Shown: in pieces, positions 50,888-59,144 of the stretch
Position numbering within the stretch: the first letter of the stretch is position 1
Layout of the letters: each line of letters opens with the position of its first letter
DNA from: Candidatus Thorarchaeota archaeon
GTDB taxonomy: Archaea > Asgardarchaeota > Thorarchaeia > Thorarchaeales > Thorarchaeaceae
Assembly (NCBI GenBank): GCA_004524565.1
Contig: SDNZ01000002.1
Location: 106-64,105 of the forward strand
DNA length: 64,000 nucleotides
Reading direction: 5' to 3'
Translations under genes and position numbers: made by a program
Notes under the pieces: generated by a model
Told to the model about the DNA's origin: nothing
Database searches by the model: none
What the model saw: only the letters and a program-made list of their open reading frames with translations

Positions 50888-51601
50888 GTGAAGCAGTTCG
50901 TAGTATTCATGTGCCCAAAGTGCAAAGGGTTCACAAATTCCCCGTTTGGTCAGAAACGGAGAAGATGTAGTTATTGTGGGAGCATCATTGACATAACCAA
51001 AGCCAACCTTGCATTGTTTGACTCTCCAGAACAAGCCTCTGCTGCAGTTAAGCTATTTAATGCTTCAAAGGGCGGGGATGACTTCAAAGATGCTGTGGAA
51101 CGCTCACGCGAGCGAGTCAAGTCTTTCGTGCCATCAGAACGCGTTAGTGCGGATGATATTACAAACAACGATGATGAACCTGCACCTGAAGGAAAACGAA
51201 GACGTTTAATGACCATCTTGGAGAAAGAAGCTCACGGGCAATCGTGCACACTTGATAGACTAGAAGAGCTGACAACAGAAGATAGACTAGCTTGGTCTTG
51301 GGTCGAAAAGCAACTAGAGAGTCTATCAAACAATGGAGCACTTATCTTTCCAAAACCTTGGACTGTTCAGCTTGTGATTACCGAGGACAAAGAATCCTCC
51401 CCTGATCTTTCAACTAGGGATGTTTCTTCAGAAATCATTGAATTACTTGAAAAGAGTGGAGGTCCACTCAAAGTTGACGAGATTATCCGTCACTTCGAAC
51501 AAGTGGGAATTTCAGAGGCATCGGTCGATAGTTCACTAGAACGCCTCTTACGTAATGGAGCTATCTTCCAACCTAGCGTCACTAGCGTAAGTCTAGTCTA
51601 A
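50888..51601 (+). CDS. Zinc-ribbon (DUF1922-like) protein with a C-terminal winged-helix-like region
   Basis: 237 aa. FMCPKCKGF...RRRCSYCGSII at the N-terminus. The C-terminal part EIIELLEKSGGPLKVDEIIRHFEQVGISEASVDSSLERLLRNGAIF looks like a wHTH. Confidence 0.55.
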   Translation: MKQFVVFMCPKCKGFTNSPFGQKRRRCSYCGSIIDITKANLALFDSPEQASAAVKLFNASKGGDDFKDAVERSRERVKSFVPSERVSADDITNNDDEPAPEGKRRRLMTILEKEAHGQSCTLDRLEELTTEDRLAWSWVEKQLESLSNNGALIFPKPWTVQLVITEDKESSPDLSTRDVSSEIIELLEKSGGPLKVDEIIRHFEQVGISEASVDSSLERLLRNGAIFQPSVTSVSLV

Positions 51602-51641
51602 GTAATTCGATTCATTGAATAGGTTTCAAATGTATTAGTTT

Positions 51642-52040
51642 GTGATAGTAATGCCAATTGTTGAACTCGTAGCCCAAAAAGCGCTGGAACGAAATCCAGA
51701 CATTGGTCTCGAGATAGTTGATTTGATTGTTCTACTGTGGATGTTTTCAAATCCATATGATAATCATCGACGTCAACTTAGTTCAATGAGAAATATATTG
51801 AAGATGAGTGAGACCTTACAAATTCCTGGTGGTGGGCTTGATGTCACGGAAGACGAACTCACTCAAATCGTTCTTGGAAGCTTGCAGAAACTCAAGAAGA
51901 AGAAATTAGTATACATTCAGAGTGCTGGCGTTCATTATATAAAAGGGACCCTAACTGATGCGGGAATCAAGCTTATCGAAGACTCAGTACGGACCCCTGT
52001 CCTAAGACGTGTGACTGCTGAATTTGGTAACAATCCTTAG
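51642..52040 (+). CDS. Hypothetical protein
   Basis: 132-aa ORF (GTG 51642 or ATG 51651). No motif recognised. Confidence 0.4.
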   Translation: MIVMPIVELVAQKALERNPDIGLEIVDLIVLLWMFSNPYDNHRRQLSSMRNILKMSETLQIPGGGLDVTEDELTQIVLGSLQKLKKKKLVYIQSAGVHYIKGTLTDAGIKLIEDSVRTPVLRRVTAEFGNNP

Positions 52041-52114
52041 AGAATTCTCGTTCAGGTGCATAGATTTAAATGCGAAACTCTTCCGAAACCGAGTTAGTCG
52101 CAGATAGAACGTGA

Positions 52115-52175
52115 CTGTTTCAGAACCGATGGAAGCAGTACAGGCATCTAGTTCTGCTCGCGAGAACAGCCTGTA
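52115..52175 (+). other. Nested stem-loops in the long region upstream of the uL22 gene (possible structured leader or small RNA)
   Basis: CTGTTTC (52115-21) pairs with GAAGCAG (52132-38), 7 bp with one G-U. TACAGG (52139-44) pairs with CCTGTA (52170-75), enclosing GTTCT (52151-55) paired with AGAAC (52163-67). A TATA-like ATTTAAAT lies at 52064-71. Folded by eye only. Confidence 0.3.
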
Positions 52176-52280
52176 AACGTGTGCCGGTAGGATTTGGAGT
52201 GGTTAATAGTTGCGGCAAAGACTTTGAGTTTACAACAGCAAAGTAAGCTTAGAAAAGTCCCACAGCGGAAGTGAGGCAAT

Positions 52281-52745
52281 ATGCCATCATATGGATATTC
52301 AATCATAGGCATTGATCCCGACAGAACAGCCATTGCAAGTGGAAGGAATATACGGGTCTCTCCAAAACAGTGCAGAGAAGTTTGTGCTGAAATTCGAGGA
52401 ATGATGCTGGACAAAGCGATCGAACTCCTTGAACAAGTTATGGAAGAGAAAGCATGGATTCCTTATAGACGTCACAATAAGAAACGTGGACACCACTCTG
52501 GAATGAAAAAGTGGATGTCAGGTGGTCATCCGGTCAAAGCTTCAGAACATATTCTGAAAATACTGCGTAACGCGGAAGCAAATGCAGACAATAAAGGTCT
52601 GGATATTGATCGACTAAGAATAGCTCATGCTGTTACGCATAGAGGACGGGCCTACAAGAAATACATCGAGAGAGCTTTCGGCCGAAGTACTCCTTACACT
52701 GAGAACACTTCTCATGTAGAAATAGTATTAGAAGAGGTTGGTTAA
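52281..52745 (+). CDS. rpl22: 50S ribosomal protein uL22
   Basis: 154 aa. ...ASGRNIRVSPKQCREVCAEIRGM...HVEIVLEE. First gene of the cluster. GTGAGG SD. Confidence 0.95.
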   Translation: MPSYGYSIIGIDPDRTAIASGRNIRVSPKQCREVCAEIRGMMLDKAIELLEQVMEEKAWIPYRRHNKKRGHHSGMKKWMSGGHPVKASEHILKILRNAEANADNKGLDIDRLRIAHAVTHRGRAYKKYIERAFGRSTPYTENTSHVEIVLEEVG

Positions 52746-53660
52746 ATGTCAGCTGTAAAATACTTCATAGAACAAAACTCTCGTCGCCTAGCAATAGACG
52801 AATTCTTGGGCCATGAGCTAAATGCTGCTGGTTACGGTGGTGTTGAAATCAGAAAGATGCCCATGAAGACAGAAGTCGTAGTTCATGCTTCAAGACCTGG
52901 TGTGGTCATTGGTCGAAGAGGTGCCAAGATCAGAGAACTTACTTACATTCTTGAGAACGAGTTTGGTATAGAGAATGTTCAGGTTGAGGTCAATGAGATA
53001 GAGAATCCATGGTTGGATGCTGCTGTAATGGCATCACGACTAGCGAGACAGCTAGAGCGAGGCGTTCGATTCCGCAGAATGGCATATTGGATTCTACGAA
53101 GAGTTATGAGAGCTGGGGCTGTTGGCTGTGAGATTATCGTTAAGGGTAAACTCTCTAGCAGAAGAGCCCGGTATCAGAAATTCAAACAGGGTGTTATCGC
53201 TAAAACTGGCGAACCCGCTGATCTGTTTGTAGATGAAGCTGATGACAGAGCAGTTCTCAAGCCTGGGGTCATAGGTATCAAGGTTCGAATTATGCGCCCT
53301 GAAACTAAACTACCAGGAATAATCAAAATTAAAGCTCCCAAGCCTAAGAAGCCTGAGGAGATTGCACTTGTTAAGACACCTGGCGAAGAGACTACTGAAG
53401 AAGAAGAAGAAGCAGTAGAGGAATCTCTTGAAGGTATCACAGATATTGATGAACTTCGCGAGCTGGAAGAACTTGATGGACTTGAGCTTGTAGAAGATGT
53501 AACCACAACCGAAGAACTTCCAGATATTGATGATGCTCCAATTGAAGTTCCTGAAGAGGAACCAAAGAAACCTGCACCTGAAGGTGCGGAAAAAGTGGAG
53601 GAAAACATCATAGATGATCTAGAAGAACTAGATGCATTGGACGAGGAGGTTAGTGAGTAA
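52746..53660 (+). CDS. rps3: 30S ribosomal protein uS3 with a long acidic C-terminal extension
   Basis: 304 aa. KH-domain core (VIGRRGAKIRELT), then about 100 aa of E/D-rich tail. Confidence 0.95.
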   Translation: MSAVKYFIEQNSRRLAIDEFLGHELNAAGYGGVEIRKMPMKTEVVVHASRPGVVIGRRGAKIRELTYILENEFGIENVQVEVNEIENPWLDAAVMASRLARQLERGVRFRRMAYWILRRVMRAGAVGCEIIVKGKLSSRRARYQKFKQGVIAKTGEPADLFVDEADDRAVLKPGVIGIKVRIMRPETKLPGIIKIKAPKPKKPEEIALVKTPGEETTEEEEEAVEESLEGITDIDELRELEELDGLELVEDVTTTEELPDIDDAPIEVPEEEPKKPAPEGAEKVEENIIDDLEELDALDEEVSE

Positions 53661-53872
53661 TGGCTGGACTCAGTACCAAAGAAATTCGCAAGCTCACGCC
53701 GGCTGAACGTCAGAAGAAACTCGAAGAGCTCTACAACGAGATGTCCAGCATCAGAGTTGATGTTGCCACTGGTGGTGGCACTGAAAATCCGTATAAAATT
53801 CGAAATGTACGAAAGGCTATCTCTCGCATCCTGACAATTCAGCGAGAAGAAGAACTGGAGGTCACCAAATGA
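53660..53872 (+). CDS. rpl29: 50S ribosomal protein uL29
   Basis: 70 aa. KEIRKLTPAERQKKLEELYNEM...IRNVRKAISRILT. Confidence 0.95.
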   Translation: MAGLSTKEIRKLTPAERQKKLEELYNEMSSIRVDVATGGGTENPYKIRNVRKAISRILTIQREEELEVTK

Positions 53873-54153
53873 GAATAGCCCCCGAGAATATAGTAAGACA
53901 CGAACTCACAGGTCTTGTGACACATATTGTTGAGTCAAGAGACCCCACTCTGAAATGCAGAAGTGGAATCATTCTTGGAGAAACAAAGGAGATGATCCGT
54001 TTGGATACCAAGAGTGGCGAGGTAAACGTTCCAAAAAGCGTCTGTGTCTTTGACATCACCCTTCCCAATGGTGCAGTGGTCCGCGTTGACGGCAGTGTGC
54101 TACATGGAAGACCAGAGGATAGAATGAAGAAACGCCTCAATAGGAGCTGGTGA
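53869..54153 (+). CDS. rnp1: RNase P protein component 1 (Rpp29/Pop4 homolog)
   Basis: 94 aa. HELTGLVTHIVESRDPTLKCRSGIILGETKEMIRLDT...VDGSVLHGRPEDR. It sits in the canonical position between uL29 and uS17. Confidence 0.9.
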   Translation: MRIAPENIVRHELTGLVTHIVESRDPTLKCRSGIILGETKEMIRLDTKSGEVNVPKSVCVFDITLPNGAVVRVDGSVLHGRPEDRMKKRLNRSW

Positions 54154-54521
54154 GAATGGCTGAAACCAAAACTAAGGTTCGGAACATTGGCATACCAAAT
54201 GTGGAGCCGCCAGAGAAGACATGTAATGATATTCATTGCCCATTCCATGGAAACCTCTCAGTAAGAGGTAGAGTCATGGAGGGGTTAGTGACTAGCACGC
54301 AAATGTACAACACAATAGTATTCCAGCAGGATTTTCTAAGTCTTGTTAAGAAATACGCTCGATACGAACGACGCAGATCAAAGAAACTTGCACATCTTCC
54401 ACCATGCATTGATGTCAAAATTGGTGACACAGTGAAGGTTGTTGAATGCAAACCTTTGAGCAAGAATGTGTCATGTGTCGTTGTTGCAGTAACGCATTCT
54501 GAAGGAGCACAGGAGGAATAA
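54150..54521 (+). CDS. rps17: 30S ribosomal protein uS17
   Basis: 123 aa. RGRVMEGLVTS...KKYARYERRRSKKLAHLPPCIDVKIGDTVKVVECKPLSK. Confidence 0.95.
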   Translation: MRMAETKTKVRNIGIPNVEPPEKTCNDIHCPFHGNLSVRGRVMEGLVTSTQMYNTIVFQQDFLSLVKKYARYERRRSKKLAHLPPCIDVKIGDTVKVVECKPLSKNVSCVVVAVTHSEGAQEE

Positions 54522-54524
54522 TCA

Positions 54525-54947
54525 ATGTCACGAAAAGTCGGTAGAGGAATTAGAAAATTCATACCACGGATTGCTAGAGGTTTACCAATTGGAGCTACAC
54601 TCTTGTGTGCTGATAATTCCGGAGCAAAAGAACTCCAACTGATTACGGTCTTCGGATACAAAGGAAAACTGCGGAAACTCGGCAAAGCTGGAGTAGGAGA
54701 CCTGGTCAATGTATCAGTTCAGAAAGGAAAACAAGAACTGAGGAAGCAAGTGCTTCAGGCAGTTATTGTACGACAGCGACAAGCCTTCAGGAGACCTGAT
54801 GGTACTTGGATGCAATTTGAGGATAACGCAGCAGTTCTGGTCAAACCTGGTGGAGAACCCCAAGGTTCAGAACTCAGGGGTCCTATGGCAAGGGAAGTCA
54901 CTCTGAAATGGCCTCGAGTGGCAGCAATTGCTTCAAAGATAGTGTGA
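54525..54947 (+). CDS. rpl14: 50S ribosomal protein uL14
   Basis: 140 aa. LLCADNSGAKELQLI...GDLVNVSVQKG...FEDNAAVLV. Confidence 0.95.
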   Translation: MSRKVGRGIRKFIPRIARGLPIGATLLCADNSGAKELQLITVFGYKGKLRKLGKAGVGDLVNVSVQKGKQELRKQVLQAVIVRQRQAFRRPDGTWMQFEDNAAVLVKPGGEPQGSELRGPMAREVTLKWPRVAAIASKIV

Positions 54948-54958
54948 AGGTGAATGAA

Positions 54959-55348
54959 ATGACAAAGAAAGTAAGTTCAAAGTCCCCTGGAAAGCAACGA
55001 AAGAGGATATACAGTTCTCCCATTCACGCTAACAAGAAACGGCTCAAGTGTAGACTTGACGAGTTCTTGCAAGAAGAATATGGACTAAGATCGTTAGTTG
55101 TTAAGACTGGTGATCTTGTTAAAATTATGAGAGGCCAGTTCCGTGATACAGAAGGCAAAGTCATCAGAGTGGACTACAAAGATGTTGAAGTTTTCCTTGA
55201 CAGTGCCACTGTCACAAAAGCTGATGGAAAAGAAGTGAATATTGCAATTCACCCATCCAATATCATGCTTGTGAAACTTGAGTTGGATGATGAGAGAAAA
55301 CAGCTCATCGAGAGCAAAGTAATGAAAATCGCGGAGAGTGAAGAATAG
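54959..55348 (+). CDS. rpl24: 50S ribosomal protein uL24
   Basis: KQRKRIYSSPIHANKKRLKCRL...VKTGDLVKIMRGQFRDTEGKVIRVD. The start is ambiguous (GTG 54944 or 54950, or ATG 54959). The ORF-track start at 54908 overlaps uL14. Confidence 0.9.
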   Translation: MTKKVSSKSPGKQRKRIYSSPIHANKKRLKCRLDEFLQEEYGLRSLVVKTGDLVKIMRGQFRDTEGKVIRVDYKDVEVFLDSATVTKADGKEVNIAIHPSNIMLVKLELDDERKQLIESKVMKIAESEE

Positions 55349-56101
55349 ATGACAAGAAGAGGTCAGAAGAAGCATCTGAAGCGCTTTCCAGCGCCAAGGT
55401 ACTGGCCAATTAAGAGAAAAACAGGTAAGTTCACAACTCGCGTTATTCCTGGCCCTCATCCCCGAGAGCATTGTTTAACATTAGCAATAGTTCTACGAGA
55501 GGTCTTGGGATATGCTGAGAATATGCGTGAAGTAAGAGCCATTCTCTCTAGCGGTCAAGTAAAAGTTGATGGACATATTCGAAAAGATCCTCGATTCCCA
55601 GTAGGTATTATGGATGTGCTTGACATAACAACCTCTGGAGAAAGGTTCCGTCTTATTCCAAAGAAACGTGGTGGATACAATCTTGTCAAAATAGATGACA
55701 AGGAAGCAGAATTCAAACTCTGCAGGATTGAAACCAAGTCGATGGTCTCTGGTGGAAAAATTCAGTTGGGTCTACATGATGGTCGCACACTTCTTCTGCC
55801 AGAAGGTGAAAAACCATCGAAATACAATACACTTGATACTCTCAAGATAGGTATCCCTGAGCAGAAGATACTGGGGTCTCTTGAACTTGAAAATGGTGTA
55901 TATGCAGTAGTATCAAGGGGAAGGAACGTTGGCAATGAAGGAAAAGTCATTGAGATTGCTAAGCGTGTGGGTACACATGCTAGCACAGTGACATTGGAAG
56001 ATCCTGAAGGAAACCGATTCCAGACAGCATTAGAATACGTGTTTGTTGTAGGTAAGACCAAACCCGAAGTCCGGCTTCAAGTAGATGGAGGTAGTTCTTG
56101 A
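55349..56101 (+). CDS. rps4e: 30S ribosomal protein eS4
   Basis: 250 aa. GQKKHLKRFPAPRYWPIKRK...REVRAILSSGQVKVDG. Confidence 0.95.
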   Translation: MTRRGQKKHLKRFPAPRYWPIKRKTGKFTTRVIPGPHPREHCLTLAIVLREVLGYAENMREVRAILSSGQVKVDGHIRKDPRFPVGIMDVLDITTSGERFRLIPKKRGGYNLVKIDDKEAEFKLCRIETKSMVSGGKIQLGLHDGRTLLLPEGEKPSKYNTLDTLKIGIPEQKILGSLELENGVYAVVSRGRNVGNEGKVIEIAKRVGTHASTVTLEDPEGNRFQTALEYVFVVGKTKPEVRLQVDGGSS

Positions 56102-56676
56102 TGAGCATTGAGAATGAAAAAATCTACATTGACGATTGGAAAGCATATCCAATGAGAGAGCCTTTCATAGCAAAGGTAGTCGTGGATATCTGTACAGGGG
56201 GCGGTGATGACCTTAACAGAGCTACAACAATCCTTGAGCAACTTACTGGTCAGACTCCGGTTCAATCCAAAGCTCGTCAAACAGTACGTGATTTCGGAAT
56301 CCGCCGGAATGAACCGATAGCTGTTAGAGTCACTCTTCGTAATAAAATCGCAGAGGATTTTCTCAAGAGGACCATGAAGGCTAAGGATGATGTACTCCTC
56401 CTGAAAAATTGGGATGATGACGGTAATTTCGCATTTGGAATAGCTGAGCACATCAATATTCCTAATGTCAAATACGATCCGCAACTTGGAGTACAAGGAA
56501 TGAACATTACCGTCTGTGTTGAACGACCTGGTTACAGGGTAAAGCGACGACGCAGACGAAAAGCAAAGGTACCATACAGGCACAGGCTTACCCCCGAGGA
56601 GAGCATGGTGTTTGTCAAGACTAAGTTTGGTATTGAGATACTAGAAAAGGAGCGAGAACGGACATACCTGTTCTGA
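56098..56676 (+). CDS. rpl5: 50S ribosomal protein uL5
   Basis: 192 aa. MREPFIAKVVVDICTGGGD...FGIRRNEPIAVRVTLR...FGIAEHI. Confidence 0.95.
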   Translation: MMSIENEKIYIDDWKAYPMREPFIAKVVVDICTGGGDDLNRATTILEQLTGQTPVQSKARQTVRDFGIRRNEPIAVRVTLRNKIAEDFLKRTMKAKDDVLLLKNWDDDGNFAFGIAEHINIPNVKYDPQLGVQGMNITVCVERPGYRVKRRRRRKAKVPYRHRLTPEESMVFVKTKFGIEILEKERERTYLF

Positions 56677-56687
56677 GGTGATTATAG

Positions 56688-56858
56688 ATGAGTACAAAGA
56701 AAGATCGTAGTCGTCCACGAAAGAAAAGTGGTAAGGGCAATAGAACCTGCGTCCGTTGTGGCACACATCAGGCTATCATTAGATCGTATAACCTGTACAT
56801 GTGCAGACGTTGTTTTAGAGAAACAGCGGAAAAGCTCGGATTCCGGAAGTACCAGTAA
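56688..56858 (+). CDS. rps14: 30S ribosomal protein uS14 (zinc-binding type)
   Basis: Not in the ORF track (56 aa). [56 protein letters not shown] has a CxxC...CxxC motif. Confidence 0.95.
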   Translation: MSTKKDRSRPRKKSGKGNRTCVRCGTHQAIIRSYNLYMCRRCFRETAEKLGFRKYQ

Positions 56859-56874
56859 GGAGGTCTTAGAGAAA

Positions 56875-57267
56875 ATGACACTACTAGACCCATTGGCTGA
56901 TGCAATGTCTAACATCTACAACAGTGAGATTGTTGGCAAAGCCGAAGTGGTGATTGCACCTGCATCTAACCTGATTGAAAAGGTACTGCAAGTTATGCAG
57001 TCAAAGGGATACATTGGTGAATTCGAACGTATTGACGATGGGAATGCGGGTAGATTCCGTATTCAACTCATGGGACGTACGAACAAATGTGGCGTAATCA
57101 AACCCAGATTTCCAGTTAGACGGGACGGCTTTGAAAAATATGAGAAGCGATTCCTCCCAGCTTACAACTATGGAATTCTAATCGTCACAACACCCGCCGG
57201 TGTGATGACTCACCAGGATGCAAAGACCCGAGGAATCGGTGGAAGACTACTAGCATATGTATATTGA
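56875..57267 (+). CDS. rps8: 30S ribosomal protein uS8
   Basis: 130 aa from ATG 56875 ([18 protein letters not shown]...), with GGAGG upstream. The ORF-track start at 56728 overlaps the uS14 gene in another frame. Confidence 0.95.
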   Translation: MTLLDPLADAMSNIYNSEIVGKAEVVIAPASNLIEKVLQVMQSKGYIGEFERIDDGNAGRFRIQLMGRTNKCGVIKPRFPVRRDGFEKYEKRFLPAYNYGILIVTTPAGVMTHQDAKTRGIGGRLLAYVY

Positions 57268-57280
57268 GGTGATCTGACAA

Positions 57281-57844
57281 ATGTCTAAAGAAGCAGTCTA
57301 TGAGAAACGGATTGAAATCACTAGTGAATGTCAGGTATCTCTTGAAGGTAAAACAATCACTGTTACTGGTCCGAAAGGAACTCTTCAACGTTCATTTCCA
57401 GAACCTCAGACGACTATCAAGATTGAAGGCAATGAAGTTATTGTGGGAACACATGTCAGTAGGAAACGTGCTAGAGCTTTGGTAGGTACTGTTATAGCTC
57501 ATTTACGTAATATGCAACTTGGTGTTACCCTCGGTTATGAATACGAGATGAAGATTGTTTACAGCCACTTTCCAATCACTGTGGAGCAACAAGGCAATAT
57601 CATGATAATCAAGAATTTCATCGGTGAACGTGGAAATAGAAGCGCAAATTTGATTGGCGATATTGATATTCGGATAACTGAAGATGAGATATTCATCAGT
57701 GGAATCAACATAGAGCATGTATCACAAAGCGCTGCAAATATTCAGCAAGCCTGTAGGATTCGAGATAAGGATAGGCGAGTCTTCATGGATGGAATCTATG
57801 TAATCCGGAAGACGAAGGGTGAAGAGGTTAAGTCCATTGTATAG
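57281..57844 (+). CDS. rpl6: 50S ribosomal protein uL6
   Basis: 187 aa. The two-domain uL6 pattern (VTVTGPKGTLQRSF...; VYSHFPITVEQQGN...IKNFIGER). Confidence 0.95.
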   Translation: MSKEAVYEKRIEITSECQVSLEGKTITVTGPKGTLQRSFPEPQTTIKIEGNEVIVGTHVSRKRARALVGTVIAHLRNMQLGVTLGYEYEMKIVYSHFPITVEQQGNIMIIKNFIGERGNRSANLIGDIDIRITEDEIFISGINIEHVSQSAANIQQACRIRDKDRRVFMDGIYVIRKTKGEEVKSIV

Positions 57845-57855
57845 GAGGCAACAAG

Positions 57856-58695
57856 ATGTCAAAGAAACCAGAATTAAGTGACCTGCCCGGATTGGGCCCC
57901 AAGCTAGAAGAGAAGCTAAGAGAGGCCGGAGTAAAGACAGTGTTGAATCTGTCTCGGGCAAAGGCTGACAAGCTTGCGGCAAAAGTAGAAGGACTAAGTG
58001 AATCACGAGCTGAAACATTGATTGCAGCTGCCCAAGATGCACTTCCAAGCACAGCCCCTCCTAAGAAAGAAGCCAAACCTAAGACAACTGAGGTAAAAGC
58101 TGAGAAGTCCAAGAAAAAAGCAGAACCTAAGGCTGAAAAAATAAAGGTCAAAGCTGAAGATAAACCAAAAGCTGAAGCAAAGCCAAAGGTTAAACCAAAA
58201 GCCAAGGCCACGCCAAAACCAAAGAAGGTAAAGACGAAGCCTGAAACTCCTGCAAGATTCTTGAAAGTAGAACAGAGAATTGTCCGACTCGCAGATAACA
58301 AGAAGAAACGCAAACCCCGATTCCGCGCAGACCAAGCACATCGTTGGATTCGTATAACTGATCGATGGCGAAAAGTACGTGGAATTGATAGTTATACACG
58401 CCAGAAGAAGAAAGGCAGAATTGCTATGGTCGCTTCTGGTTATCGTTCACCAAAAGCAGTTCGATATTTACACCCATCGCTGTACGAAGAAGTGATAGTA
58501 CACAGACCTGCAGATCTTGAGGGTCTTGATGCTGATATTCACGCAGTACGTATTGGTGGTAGTGTCGGTGGAAGAAAGCGTCAGTTAATTTTAGCTGAAG
58601 CAGATGCAAAACTATTGCACGTGCTCAATCCTGGCACGACCGAAGAGATTGGTGAAGAAGATCTCTTCACAGATCTTGACTTGGAGGAGGACTAG
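57856..58695 (+). CDS. rpl32e: 50S ribosomal protein eL32 with an N-terminal helix-hairpin-helix-like module and a Lys/Ala/Pro-rich linker
   Basis: 279 aa. The eL32 core starts at about RKPRFRADQAHRWIRITDRWRKVRGIDS...GYRSPK.VR. The N-terminal 150 aa contain LSDLPGLGPKLEEKLREAGVKTVLNL (HhH-like) and KAE/KPK repeats. Confidence 0.9.
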   Translation: MSKKPELSDLPGLGPKLEEKLREAGVKTVLNLSRAKADKLAAKVEGLSESRAETLIAAAQDALPSTAPPKKEAKPKTTEVKAEKSKKKAEPKAEKIKVKAEDKPKAEAKPKVKPKAKATPKPKKVKTKPETPARFLKVEQRIVRLADNKKKRKPRFRADQAHRWIRITDRWRKVRGIDSYTRQKKKGRIAMVASGYRSPKAVRYLHPSLYEEVIVHRPADLEGLDADIHAVRIGGSVGGRKRQLILAEADAKLLHVLNPGTTEEIGEEDLFTDLDLEED

Positions 58696-58697
58696 TA

Positions 58698-59144
58698 ATG
58701 AAACTCTCCACACAAAAGAGACTCGCTGCCGATGTCATGAAAATAGGCCAATCCCGTGTATGGATTGATCCTCAATTTGAAGATGAAGTCAGTCTTGCAA
58801 TCACAAGAGATGACGTTAAACGTCTGATTGATGAAGGAGCTATCCAGAAGAAACGAGCAATCGGTGTGAGTAGAGGCCGAGCCCGTCATATTCTCAACCA
58901 GAAGAGAAAGGGTCAACGAAAGGGACCTGGCAGAAAGAAAGGCAAGGCATCATCAAACATGAGTGGTAAAGAACGCTGGATGATGAAAATTCGTCCAATG
59001 CGTAAGGAACTACGGATTCTACGTGATACAGGAAAAATCACACCTAAGGTCTATCGCGAACTCTACTTGAAAGCCAAAGGAAATGCATTCCGTAATACTG
59101 CTCACCTTCGTACATACATATCAGAGAGGAGGCTGTCCAAGTAA
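58698..59144 (+). CDS. rpl19e: 50S ribosomal protein eL19
   Basis: 148 aa. LSTQKRLAADVMKIGQSRVWIDP...RGRARHILNQKRKGQRKGPGRKKG. Confidence 0.95.
   Translation: MKLSTQKRLAADVMKIGQSRVWIDPQFEDEVSLAITRDDVKRLIDEGAIQKKRAIGVSRGRARHILNQKRKGQRKGPGRKKGKASSNMSGKERWMMKIRPMRKELRILRDTGKITPKVYRELYLKAKGNAFRNTAHLRTYISERRLSK

Noticed and set aside
50770-50934. An N-terminal 55-aa extension of the ferredoxin ORF. Similar extensions occur for GGGPS (44059-44178), MobA (46154-46327), uS8 (56728-56874) and uL24 (54908-54958).
   Set aside because: The extensions overlap neighbouring genes or add non-family sequence. Internal ATG or GTG codons with SD motifs give family-typical N-termini.
53174-53611. A 145-aa Ser-rich minus-strand ORF.
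   Set aside because: It is the antisense shadow of the GAA/GAG-rich acidic tail of uS3. Its low-complexity composition mirrors the sense strand.
57828-58341. Two overlapping minus-strand ORFs (161 and 112 aa).
   Set aside because: They are antisense to the AAG/GCT-rich Lys/Ala repeat region of eL32. They are low-complexity artefacts inside a highly conserved operon.
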